A DNA stretch of 63,988 nucleotides, filler included, from Octopus bimaculoides (lineage: Eukaryota), in NCBI RefSeq assembly GCF_001194135.2. It is 6 parts of 5 records of this genome, joined end to end, with 100 filler letters (N's around TTAATTAATTAA, not from the genome) between each part and the next. Parts side by side here need not be neighbours in the genome. Positions count along the whole stretch, not along the records: positions 1 to 15,933 come from NC_068981.1; positions 16,034 to 22,912 come from NC_068986.1; positions 23,013 to 44,845 come from NC_069010.1; 3 more parts are not named here. One strand, given 5' to 3'. Shown here piece after piece: positions 14,191 to 26,076 of the stretch. Every line of letters starts with the position of its first letter. Position 1 is the stretch's first letter. A model generated the notes under the pieces. The model was given only the letters and a program-made list of their open reading frames with translations, did not search any database and had not been told where the DNA came from. The translations under genes and the position numbers were made by a program.

Positions 14191-15881
14191 TTTGTGTCTG
14201 GGTGACTCATTGTATGTATGTATGTATGTATGTATGTATGTATGTATGTATGTTTGGTTTCCTCAAGGGAAGAACCATTGGGAAATACTCTTTTTAACAC
14301 TTCACAAAGCTATTCGGCCTTTCTTTCACTGAATGGTGAATGGTGCTGAAGGATATATGTGAAATAAACAGAACGATATTTTCCTGCAGCACGATAGATG
14401 TACAATTTACAATTAAAATATATAGAAATTCCAAATCAAACAACAGGAGATAAATAGATTTATATTGAGAATAAAACGTTCATTAAATTCTCTTTGATTA
14501 CGAAGACAGTTCGTTCACACAATCATAACTAAAACTTGATTTATCGAGATTCGATCAATTTGAATTAAGAATCATTATTTAATGAAAGAGAGAGTGAAAC
14601 ATGAATTGATAGCTGTAAATAAAACTAATAAACCAACACACATAAACATAACAAAACAGATGAATCTTGAACAAATGAAAACAAGATTGCTATGGAAAAA
14701 TTTAACAAATTTTTGAATTTAAATTTGCAACAATATCGAAGGTGAATTCTTAGGCTGAAAGATAAAGAACATTGCAAAGATGGATAGAAATACATAATAA
14801 AAATAATAACAAACAGTAGTCCTTTGTATTATCATATTCAGAACTGAAAGAAATATTTTCACCAATATGGATTAATAAAGAAAATTCATAACATATTTCA
14901 GATTGGATTCAACAGCTGTTAAGTTTGAAAAATGCAGGTGATAATGATGAAACTGACAATGACAACGACGATGGGGTTGATAGTGGTGGTAGTGGTAGTA
15001 GAGTTGCTGAGGATGATGACTATTAGTAAACGATAGCGATGATGAGGATGAGGATGATGTGGATGAGCTTGATGGCAGATGAAGTGGTGGTGGTGGTGAT
15101 GGTGGCGGCGGCGGCGATGGTGGTGGTGGTGGTGGTGGTGGTTTTGGTAGCATAAGTTGTTGTTTTTGTTGTTTCAGAAATGGTATTGGTAGCAAGAGTA
15201 GAGTAGTGGTGGCAGAGGTGCTATTTATTCCCAGGAAACACTAGTTGTGNNNNNNNNNNNNNNNNNNNNNNNNNNNNNNNNNNNNNNNNNNNNNGTGGTG
15301 CTGCTGCTGCTGCTGCTGTTACTGATGGTATTGGTGTTGATGGCAGTGCTGCTGCTGCTACTGCTGTCGAAAGTAATGGGTGTGACAGTGGTAAGGGAGG
15401 TAATGATGTTGACAAAATGGAGAAATAGTGATTATGATGCTGGTGCTGATGATATAGAAGAGAAGGAGAAACGGAGTAGAGAGAGGGATAGACGAAGATG
15501 AGGAAAGGAATCGAATGTTTATTTTGTCGATGAGGAAATTTTCAATGGTAAATTTGATGATGACATGTATTAGTGGTGGTGGTGGTGGTGGTGGTTTTGG
15601 TAGCATAAGTTGTTGTTTTTGTTGTTTCAGAAATGGTATTGGTAGCAAGAGTAGAGTAGTGGTGGCAGAGGTGCTATTTATTCCCAGGAAACACTAGTTG
15701 TGTAAACCTATGACCCTGTTGTCAGCACCAGATTTAAGTCATTTCAAATTCTCTCGTTTCCCACGATTACAGATGATCCAACGTCACTGTTTTTTAAGAT
15801 GGTGTCGTCTGATTTCTCGCGTATTTGGTTGCATTTTCTGGACTATAGCATGGCCACATAATTGCCACCGCGTTCGCTCCT

Positions 15882-15933
<52 letters not shown>
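15882..15933. repeat. (TAG)n microsatellite at the segment end
   Basis: Directly visible. Confidence 0.95.
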
Positions 15934-16033
15934 NNNNNNNNNNNNNNNNNNNNNNNNNNNNNNNNNNNNNNNNNNNNTTAATTAATTAANNNNNNNNNNN
16001 NNNNNNNNNNNNNNNNNNNNNNNNNNNNNNNNN
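15934..16033. other. Artificial scaffold linker (N44-TTAATTAATTAA-N44)
   Basis: 12-mer at 15978-15989 with exactly 44 N on each side; stop codons in all six frames. Confidence 0.95.
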
Positions 16034-16064
<31 letters not shown>

Positions 16065-16261
16065 GTATAAATATACGTATGCATGTATATATGTGTATAT
16101 ATGTGTGTACATATTACATATACATCTATATATATATACATATATATGTACACATATATATACACATATATATATGTATATATACATACATACATAAACA
16201 TATAAATCTATATATATATATATACATGCATATATATAAATACATACATGTACATATATAT

Positions 16262-17380
16262 TTATTTATGTGTTTCAGCTAAGTGGCTGTGGTCATGCTG
16301 GTGCACCACCGTGATTTTCACGTTCCTTGCATGGCTCTTCTCCCACACCTGACATGGTCCAATCAAGAGTTTTGATGGCACATCTGGTGTATAACAGAAT
16401 TTGACATAGCTGCCCTAAAATGCGTCTCATTACGAGCCATTGGTTCGTCTGGTATCGTGGAGAGGAAAGCGTCAAGTTTTGTCTTGAAGACCTCCGCATC
16501 CATGTCTTGCATGTCTCTCAAATGTTTTGGCAGGGCATTGAAGAGCTGAGGTCCTCTGAAACCGAGGCTGCTGCAGTATCTCGTTCTTATGTGAGATGCA
16601 GTGGACGGTACCTTTGGCACCATGCAGTGGCGACCCATGCGGGCATTCCTGTAGNNNNNNNNNNNNNNNNNNNNNNNNNNNNNNNNNNNNNNNNNNNNNN
16701 NNNNNNNNNNNNNNNNNNNNNNNNNNNNNNNNNNNNNNNNNNNNNNNNNNNNNNNNNNNNNNNNNNNNNNNNNNNNNNNNNNNNNNNNNNNNNNNNNNNN
16801 NNNNNNNNNNNNNNNNNNNNNNNNNNNNNNNNNNNNNNNNNNNNNNNNNNNNNNNNNNNNNNNNNNNNNNNNNNNNNNNNNNNNNNNNNNNNNNNNNNNN
16901 NNNNNNNNNNNNNNNNNNNNNNNNNNNNNNNNNNNNNNNNNNNNNNNNNNNNNNNNNNNNNNNNNNNNNNNNNNNNNNNNNNNNNNNNNNNNTTTGATCC
17001 CTTGTACGGAATGTCCTCAGTATCCACCCTGCCAGTTGTCTGCACTTTGCTGTGAACTTGACAATGTGCATGTGAAATGATGTATCACTACACATGTTGA
17101 TGCCCAGATCTCTTACTGTTTGTGGTTCTGGGATTGCAGTACCTCCAGGCCCTGTGTATGCCAGTCGGGAGGTACTTGTGGTCTTGTAGCGCAGTACTTG
17201 AATTTTTTTTGCATTGAACTGCATATTATTTTGCTCTGCCCACTCATATATTGCACTTAGGTCATTCTGCAGGCTTACAATATCATCAGGATTCTTTATT
17301 GCCTGAGATATCTTTGTGTCATCAGCATAGCTAGTGACAGTGGCTCTCCGAGTGACCGTGAGCATGTCCAGAAGGGCTAC
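16262..17380 (-). mobile_element. CR1/L2-clade LINE, 5'-truncated 3' part (RT YADD motif, C-terminus, 3' tail)
   Basis: ORF 16472-17410 contains TSYADDTKISQAI...LQNDLSAIYEWAEQNNMQFNAKK...VRDLGI...WILRTFRTRD; ORF 16363-16638 contains GPQLFNALPKHLRD...FKTKLDAFLSTIPDEP; internal gap at 16655-16991. Confidence 0.9.
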
Positions 17381-17454
17381 ATCTATACATATATATCTAC
17401 ACATATACATCTATATATATATACATATGTGAAGATGTATACGTATATATACAT

Positions 17455-17491
<37 letters not shown>

Positions 17492-18237
17492 TTGTATGAA
17501 TATGGAGACACACAGAGAATATTAGAGAGAGAGAGGGAGAGAGAATGCGATAGAGTGAACGATTGACCGAAACAGAGAGATAAATAAAGTAAAACTCAAG
17601 AAAAGAATGGACAATAAAATAATGATATTGACTGTCAATCAAATATGATAGGGCAGGCATATCATAGAAGGTTTTCGGTTGATTCTTGTGTCAAATGTCG
17701 TTGTGTGAGTATGTAATGTCATGGCGGTGTCGTTTACACTTTCTTTACACATATAGCCGGGTAGTTATGTATAGTATGACAGTCACACAGTTTAAACCAA
17801 AAGACGACAGATCGGTTTGGAATTTTATGCACACACGCGCGCTTGCACGCGCGCATACACACACATATGCACATGTACAGTCATACACACATACACACAT
17901 ACATATGTGGGTGTATGTGTGTGTATGTGTGTGCCTGTGTGAATATGCATGTATATATATATATATATNNNNNNNNNNNNNNNNNNNNNNNNNNNNNNNN
18001 NNNNNNNNNNNNNNNNNNNNNNNNNNNNNNNNNNNNNNNNNNNNNNNNNNNNNNNNNNNNNNNNNNNNNNNNNNNNNNNNNNNNNNNNNNTATATATACA
18101 GTGTGCTAGAGCTAAATTTGACAGAATGTTTAAAAGGAAAAGAGAACACAATGTCCCATCCAAAAACAAAAGCATTCAAAATAATCAGAAAATGTTGGCT
18201 AAATTATGGCTAGTAGATAAGATAAAAAAGGGGTAAA

Positions 18238-18580
18238 GACCACCTTCAGTCATGAATGACCGTGGGATTGCACCTAGAAAGCTCCCCTCCGAGGCACAAA
18301 TCTGGGCAAGGTTGTTTATGGAAGACTAGCAGTTACCCATGCATATCACCCTTCCCTCTCCATACCGCCGATGTTATCCAAGAGAAAGGCACAGACCGAT
18401 ACAGCTTGGCACCAGTGATATAATTAATTTCTATAGCTGAGTGAACTGGAGCAAAGTGAAATAGTGTCTTGCTCAAGAACACAACACACATCCCAGTCTG
18501 AGAATCGAACTAACCACTGAGAATCTAACCACTGCGAATCTAACCACTGCGAATCTAACCACTGAGCCATGCGCCTTCAC
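18238..18580 (-). mobile_element. tRNA-derived SINE with tandemly amplified A-box
   Basis: Reverse complement starts GTGAAGGCGCATGGCTCAGTGGTTAG (A-box-like) and has TTCGATTC (B-box-like) followed by the TTGAGCAAGACAC...TTGCTCCAGTTCACTCAGCT body; 15-bp unit x4 at 18510-18568. Confidence 0.8.
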
Positions 18581-19103
18581 TGGTTAGGAGATAATAGTTT
18601 ACTTAAAGTAGACGTTCCCAGCTTCCATCACTGGTTTCATTTCCTGAACCAAGTGGCGCGTTGTGGTTTTGAACAAAACATTTCATCTCACGTTGCTTTC
18701 CATTTGACATATGGTACGCCGTGCACCTGTTCAAGCAACATCGATATGATAGAGCGACCGAGCCAATGTATATATNNNNNNNNNNNNNNNNNNNNNNNNN
18801 NNNNNNNNNNNNNNNNNNNNNNNNNNNNNNNNNNNNNNNNNNNNNNNNNNNNNNNNNNNNNNNNNNNNNNNNNNNNNNNNNNNNNNNNNNNNNNNNNNNN
18901 NNNNNNNNNNNNNNNNNNNNNNNNNNNNNNNNNNNNNNNNNNNNNNNNNNNNNNNNNNNNNNNNNNNNNNNNNNNNNNNNNNNNNNNNNNNNNNNNNNNN
19001 NNNNNNNNNNNNNNNNNNNNNNNNNNNNNNNNNNNNNNNNNNNNNNNNNNNNNNNNNNNNNNNNNNNNNNNNNNNNNNNNNNNNNNNNNNNNNNNNNNNN
19101 NNG

Positions 19104-19166
<63 letters not shown>

Positions 19167-20151
19167 ATAGTTAGCGGTTGTAGTAACCGACTGAGGGATA
19201 AAATATCCGTATATACCATCAGTATCCGTTACTTGTGTTATCCCCGGGCAATGGTCTGCAGGGACACCATATACGTCGAGCACAGGTGACAATAGGATAA
19301 ACAAAAGTTTAACTGGAGCCAATGCACATAATTAGAAAATGGAGAAAAATATAGTTTAACCAGTACGTCGATTGGACCACATTTTAAAGCTTGTTTAAAG
19401 CAAGGCATACCAAAGCTAACAGCTGTTTCTAATCAGGTTACCAGAATGCAGTCTGTACATAAATGCGAGAATAAAATTCTTCATCTTCATAGGGCATTCG
19501 AATTAAGGCAACACATCTTCATCACAGTGAAAACCAAGAGCATACAATATGAAAAAGAAACGAAGAAAGAAAAGGAAAGAAAACATAACTTAGACAAATA
19601 GTCTAGAAGCCCAATATGCACCCTCTCGTGTATAACTTGTAGTATTTCCTAGTCCTGTAATAGCTCACTCTCTCATCTACGCTCTTTGAGCTCGGATGGA
19701 AAATAATTGTGTGTGTGTACGTGCACGCGCGTGCGGACGATGGTTTGAGTGTACGTGTGCGTGTGAGTGCTAAGTGAATTGTTTTTATTTTAACGTTAAT
19801 TCCAGATGATAGTTAAAAAGTTTATTTGCCCTGATAACACCCAGGAAGTGCGTGTGTTTGTATAATCATAAGTGCTTATATGGACAATCGTGTGCACGTC
19901 ATTCGATATCTAAGTAACTGTGCCTGTAAATATATGTGTGCACCTCACCTTTTCCCGCATTTTTACTTCCTAGGTCCGTAGGAAGGGGCAATGCCCATGC
20001 CCTTCACAGATTCTCTTACGCATCTGAAACTGATGTTATTAACTTTCCCCTTGGGCCTTTGTATGTTAACACCCCCAGACAAGACATGAACGACGAAGGA
20101 ATTTCAGACGGCTGATGTTCTAGGTAGGAAGGACTAGGATTGGTGATAAAA

Positions 20152-20194
<43 letters not shown>

Positions 20195-20204
20195 TTTTTC
20201 CTTT

Positions 20205-20430
20205 TATCCTTTTATATGTTTCAGTCATTTGACTGTGGCTATGCTGGAGACCACCTTTAGTCGAATCAAATCGAGCCCAAGACTTATTCTTTGTAAGCTT
20301 AGTACTTATTCTATCGGTCATTTTTGCCGTACTGCTAAGTAACGGGGGACGTAAACACACGAATATCAGTTGTCAAGCGATGGTGAGGGGACAAACACAG
20401 ACATACGTAAACACACACAAACACACACAC
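20205..20430 (-). mobile_element. tRNA-derived SINE family A, 3' half
   Basis: Reverse complement of the body and tail seen at 21545-21675 and 37905-38080. Confidence 0.8.
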
Positions 20431-20454
20431 ACAAATATATATATATATATAAAT

Positions 20455-20612
20455 TTATCCCAATGCTTAGCTGGTACTTATTTTATCGATCTCGAAAGGA
20501 TGAAAGAAAAAGTCGACCCCGGCGGAATTTGAACTCAGAACGTAAAGACAGAAAAAATGCCGCTAAGCACTTCGCTCGGCGTGCAAAGGATTCTGCCAGT
20601 TCGCTTCCTTAT
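20455..20612 (-). mobile_element. SINE family C (GGCGGCGAGCTGGCAGAA type)
   Basis: Reverse complement of the copies at 24873-25035 and 46674-46835 (TTCTGAGTTCAAATTCCGCC...GTCGAC...TTTCATCCTTTC). Confidence 0.7.
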
Positions 20613-21296
20613 GACTATGTATATCATTTGAATTCAATGCAACTCCTTTTGAGATGTCTGTAGCCTATTTTTAGCTGTAGGTGGACGTACAACGAAATTA
20701 ATTGTGTGTGTCAGTTTAGTAATTTGTAATATTTCTAAAGATCAATATTATTCTATGCTGCAAAGACAACGACTGCAAAGAGCATTTGATTGCATGTTTT
20801 TATGTGCTTTATCTAACATTCTGCATATAATTACCGAGAGTATATTATTATTTTCAAAAGCAAAATATCTGCTTCGTATCCAAGTATAGTTAAATTAATG
20901 AAGTTGGTATTTAAATTGGTTTACTGACATAACTATATAATGTATACTATTTCGTCTAGTGTTTCTTGTGATATAGGCTGCATAATAACACATTTCTCCT
21001 GTTGGTTTAACTGGAAATACACATGGCGAGTTACATTGCGTTCCTGTACTCTGTTTATTGTGTTCTGATGATTGAAATTTTTATAATCTTTTTATCTTTT
21101 ATCTTTTATTTTGTTTCAGTCATTGAACTGTAGCCATGCTGGGGCACCACCTTGAGGGGTTTACCAATGGTAATTATTATAATTTATCTCTTTTTCCGGA
21201 CCGATAAGTTACAGAAACCTAAACAAATTAACACCGGTTATTAAGTGATGGTAGAGTTGCACAAACACAAACACCAAAATGCATGCATACATACAT

Positions 21297-21500
21297 GGTG
21301 CAGGAGTGGCTATTTGGTAAGTAGCTTGTTTACGAACCACATGCTTCTGGGTTCAGTCTCACTGCTTGGTACCTTGGGCAAGTGTCTACTACTATAGCCT
21401 TGGACCGACCAAAGCCTCGTGAATGGATTTGGTAGACGGAAACTGAAAGAAGCCCGTCATATATATATATATATATATAAATATATATATTATATATATA

Positions 21501-21542
<42 letters not shown>

Positions 21543-21675
21543 TCTGTGTCTGTGTTTGTCCCCCCCACCATCGCTTAACAACCGATGTTGGTGTGTTCAC
21601 GTCTCCGTAACCTAGTGGTTCGGCAAAAGAGACCGATAGATTAAGTACTAGGCTTGCAAGAAATGAGTCCTGGAG
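21297..21675 (+). mobile_element. tRNA-derived SINE family A, near full length with internal (TA)n(TG)n
   Basis: Head GGTGCAGGAGTGGCT...GGTAAGTAGCTTG...GGGTTCAGTC...GGGCAAGTGTC, central microsatellite, body GTTTGTCCCCCC...GGCAAAAGAGACCGATAG. Confidence 0.85.
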
Positions 21676-22680
21676 TATATCCACGTCAAGGTTTCTGTCT
21701 ATTCAATTTGTTCAAACGGTATTGGTTGACATCAGGATATAGTACAAAACGCTTCCCCTGATGTGCCGCGCATGAAACTGAACTCGAAAACCAAATGGTT
21801 GCAAAGTAGGCTCTTTAACTACACAGCCATTCCTTCACGTGTTACTATTACTATCATTCAAGAAGTTTACAGTCTTAGCAAACGTGGTAAACAGAGTAGT
21901 TTATTTTAAGATATTCCTGTTCTTATGTCTAATCGAGAAATCTTTTTCCTATTGGTGTGATTGCATTTATGGAAAACAGGGGATTCTTGCATATTATCTT
22001 TCTGTTCATCTTCCTATTTGGTTGTGTTAGTCAATTATGTTTAATAGCTTCTTTGAAACCACTTGATGCCAGTGGCCTATTGTATTTGTTCGCAACTCTA
22101 TTGACCATTATAGATGGTCGAAATTGACCATTATAGATGGTCAAAATTCTTAAGATATTCGAAGAGAAGCTTCAATTGCTGGCTATTTATATTACTGACT
22201 CATTAGATTTAATGAGCCGTTGAAATTTTGCATTATTAATTTTGAATTTTACATATAATAAGTAACTATTTTAAGGTTATTACTTACAGTAACTTTTACT
22301 TTCACTTTCAAGACACTGAATAACTTTATTAGGCCATTCCAAACATATCTGCTGTTTGTTTATATTCATGGAGATCAATAGATCATCCTCTCCAAGTTAT
22401 GATGATGAACTGTGAATTAAGTGTAAAATATATATTTCCAATCAGGTTGAAAATTTCCACTGAATCACTGGTTCTCATGCTTCCTACCAAAGATCTGATT
22501 ATAAATTCATTCATTGATATGTTGCCTTCAGGATATACGATAGATTCTCAAGCATGAATTATTGTATGTACATCTCTATCAGTGATGATAGTGTAAAACT
22601 TTACGGAATCAAGAGCCTTGTGTAAATATATTGAAAAAACAAGAGTGCGTATAATTTTTTACTCTCCCTCNNNNNNNNNN

Positions 22681-22912
22681 GTTGAAAGAAATACAATTAA
22701 ACCTTGGGAGAGGCATTATGCCGGTAATAAACAGAGGAGCTAACAAGAAATTTGAGGAGATTGTTGGCAAAGATACAAATGGAACACAACCTAGATACCG
22801 TAACAAACAGTGGAATAGACTACAAAGGATTAGTGACAAAACAAACAAAAAGACCACGTGGTACAATACCGACAAGTTCCAGGGAGTAATGTTTGTGGAC
22901 GCCACGCCACAC
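22681..22912 (+). mobile_element. Penelope-like element ORF fragment (region between RT and endonuclease)
   Basis: QPRYRNKQWNRLQRISDKTNKKTTWYNTDKFQGVMFVDATPH resembles the PLE motif YR...W.R..R...K..K...WY......SV.FV.ATP; cut by gaps on both sides. Confidence 0.7.
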
Positions 22913-23012
22913 NNNNNNNNNNNNNNNNNNNNNNNNNNNNNNNNNNNNNNNNNNNNTTAATTAATTAANNNNNNNNNNNNNNNNNNNNNNNNNNNNNNNN
23001 NNNNNNNNNNNN
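22913..23012. other. Artificial scaffold linker
   Basis: TTAATTAATTAA at 22957-22968 with 44 N on each side. Confidence 0.95.
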
Positions 23013-23255
23013 ACCCACTTCATTGATGACCTTCTGGATCTTGGAATCATTTGCAAAAGATTCTTATGTTACTGTGCTTGACGATGTCAGTAATGTCATA
23101 GATGTAGATGGTGAAAAGAAGTGGGCCCAACACAGTGCCTTGAGGAACACCACTACTGACTTTGGCTGGGCTTGATTTTACACCTTCCACCACAACGTGT
23201 TGGGTTCTGCCTGTCAGGAAAGATTTCATCCATTGTAATAACTTTCCAGAGACAG
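23013..23255 (-). mobile_element. CR1-clade LINE RT fragment
   Basis: VSGKLLQWMKSFLTGRTQHVVVEGVKSSPAKVSSGVPQGTVLGPLLFTIYIYDI (RT region with GVPQG motif), degenerate at the YADD position. Confidence 0.88.
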
Positions 23256-23259
23256 GTGT

Positions 23260-24125
23260 GGTTGCTGTTTGTTAGACTTGCTCTCCTACAGCTTGTCTCT
23301 TTGAGTTGTAATCCTGGATTAGACATAGACCAAGGAGGAGTACTTGACGCCTTGCATGCCAACAGGCACTCACAGCCCTCTGCCAGGCAGGCAATGCAGT
23401 CGGTGGTAGTTCCACTCTTAGTGTTCTATAGAGGGTTAGCAGAGGAAAAGTGCGACGATGTTCTCAAGGAAACTCTGGGCATCTACGAGGATCAACTCAT
23501 CAGTTTGTTCCAAAGGACTTTCAGGTTGGGGGCTATGGATAACTTCCAGAAATCCCCTGCCTGGCAGTGCTACCTGGTGTCGCATGCGGGACAGATCCAA
23601 CTATCAGCTGGATCCATAGTGAAGATTGCCCCCACTGCCTCCTTTGGCCGGGAAGGGCAGGCAACTTTTATTATCTGTCTGGTGGCTTTAGCGAAAGAGG
23701 TAGTGTGGTGGACACTAAGGGCTAAAGACAGACACTTTCCTCTTTGGCCTAGCCCTCATAAACTTTTTCAAGTTTCCCTTGAAACGGAAAGTGAGGGTGG
23801 AGAGGGAAGTGTTGTTTTCTAGCAAATTTGTTGAAAGGTGAATGAATGTTGGCAAAATAGCCAGTATGAAAGGATCCATTTCGAACGTGCTCCTGTAAAA
23901 ATAAAAGGAGAGGGCACTTGCTCTGTTGACCAGGCCACCAATGGCTTTTACAGGTTTTCCACGAGTAGCCTTAAAGCGCCCACCACGCCTTTTGGGAGTT
24001 TTATTTGTTTAATTTTCTATGTTATTTTTCGTTTACTCACTTTAAAAACACATTTATATCGTCCTGTCTTTTTCTCTTCATGTAACTTTTATGTAAGCCC
24101 TTTGTGACCAATAAAAGAATTAGGT
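23260..24125 (+). mobile_element. L1/Tx1-clade LINE 3' end (ORF2 C-terminus and 3' UTR)
   Basis: LSAGSIVKIAP...FIICLVALAKEVVWWT then, after a frameshift, LINFFKFPLKRKVRVEREVL; the 3' UTR ends GCCCTTTGTGACCAATAAAAGAA. Confidence 0.6.
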
Positions 24126-24872
24126 ACCACCTTGGTTCTTTTCCCTAAAACTATATATTTATATTTTATACTGTGAAACTTCATTTAATTTTAATTTTTA
24201 ATAAATTGAATTTAATTGAGTTTTTACTTATAAATTTGAATTTTTATCCCTCATAATATTATATATAAATATATATATATATATATATGTATATNNNNNN
24301 NNNNNNNNNNNNNNNNNNNNNNNNNNNNNNNNNNNNNNNNNNNNNNNNNNNNNNNNNNNNNNNNNNNNNNNNNNNNNNNNNNNNNNNNNNNNNNNNNNNN
24401 NNNNNNNNNNNNNNNNNNNNNNNNNNNNNNNNNNNNNNNNNNNNNNNNNNNNNNNNNNNNNNNNNNNNNNNNNNNNNNCCAGGCCACCAATGGCTTTTAC
24501 AGGTTTTCCACGAGTAGCCTTAAAGCGCCCACCACGCCTTTTGGGAGTTTTATTTGTTTAATTTTCTATGTTATTTTTCGTTTACTCACTTTAAAAACAC
24601 ATTTATATCGTCCTGTCTTTTTCTCTTCATGTAACTTTTATGTAAGCCCTTTGTGACCAATAAAAGAATTAGGTCCCACCCCCTCGGTTGACGCATGCGC
24701 ATTAGAGATTTAACTGTCGTCTGCTCAGTTGAAACTTCGAAAAAATGTCCATCGATGAACGATGTAAAGTTAACAAGAGAAAGGTAAAGTGGTTTTATAG
24801 TGTTTTTCAAATAACAGAATTATGATTTGTTAAAAAAAACTTTATTGAGGTGGAATAATATTTGATTTTAAA

Positions 24873-25035
24873 GGCGGCCAACTAACAGAAACGTTAGCAG
24901 GCCGGGAGAAATGCTTAGCAGTATTCTTCCTGTCTTTACGTTCTGAGTTCAAATTCCGCCGATGTCGACTTTGCCTTTCATCCTTTCGGGGTCGATTAAA
25001 TAAGTACTAGTTGCGTGTTCTGGGATCGATCTAAA
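24873..25035 (+). mobile_element. SINE family C
   Basis: GGCGGCCAACTAACAGAAACGTTAGCA...TTCTGAGTTCAAATTCCGCC...GGGGTCGAT; similar to 46674-46835. Confidence 0.75.
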
Positions 25036-25608
25036 ATTTCCGATCTTCTGCCTAGATTAGAAAATTACTATTTTTTTAAATCTCACAACAAGAGATATCC
25101 AGCAACATTACTTTGCAGGTAAAGATTGTTTGCCAACATAACATGGCAGTCCTGTTTTACAGCAGGACTACACCCTAAACAAAGACTGCTATGTTATGTT
25201 GGCGAACAATCTTTACTCATCTGCCTAAAGTAGAAAAGAATAATAATTGATTTTGATTTGGTCCATAGTTAATTCTGTTTACTTCTTAACATAAATTGAA
25301 AAATAATAAACAACTCACAAGGCAGGAGACGCAATGATATAAAGACTTTCTGAGATGTGGTTATTTGGGATTTCATATTTAATAGTAATTATGTGGACTT
25401 TTATACATAATCTCAACGTCCTGATGGTTGAGAACAACATAAAATTCTATGTTACAATTTTCAAAATAACCGTGGAATTTCCATGGGTTACAACTGGTAC
25501 ACACCCACTCTCTCTCTCTCTCTCTCTCTCGCGCACACACACATATTTTCGTGTGTGCGTGTATATATATATACATATATGGATGTATATATGAATATAT
25601 ATAATATA

Positions 25609-25639
<31 letters not shown>

Positions 25640-25696
25640 CATATGTGAGCACAGGACATCATGAAACGTGATATATATACGTATAGATGTAAGTAA

Positions 25697-25727
<31 letters not shown>

Positions 25728-26076
25728 TTTAAGGAATGGAGAAAACGAATTGCATACTTTATTCCTACATATGTTTCAAAGGATTACAACCTATTTGATC
25801 CATAGGGATCTGTTATGTTTCTGAGTTCATATTCCACCCAGGTTGATTTTGCCTTTCATCCTTTCCCCTTTCCGGGGTCGATCAATTAAGTACTAGCTGT
25901 GTGTTCTGGGATCGATCTAAATATTCTGGACCTTCTGCCTAGATTAGAAAATTACGATTTGTAAATCTCACAACAAGAGATATCCAGCAACAGTACTTTG
26001 CAGTTAAAGATTGTTTGTCAACATAACATGGCAGTCCTGGTTTACAGCAACATTCGCCCTAATCCAAGACTGCCAG

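Noticed and set aside
19949-20124. Splice-like signals on both strands (plus acceptor ending at 19973, minus donor at 19949)
   Set aside because: Resulting frames are short or stop-interrupted and do not join in phase with the candidate exon at 19312.
25760-25800. Hammerhead-like GAAAC-ATAT-GTA on the minus strand
   Set aside because: No recognisable CUGANGA core upstream; at most a decayed relic.
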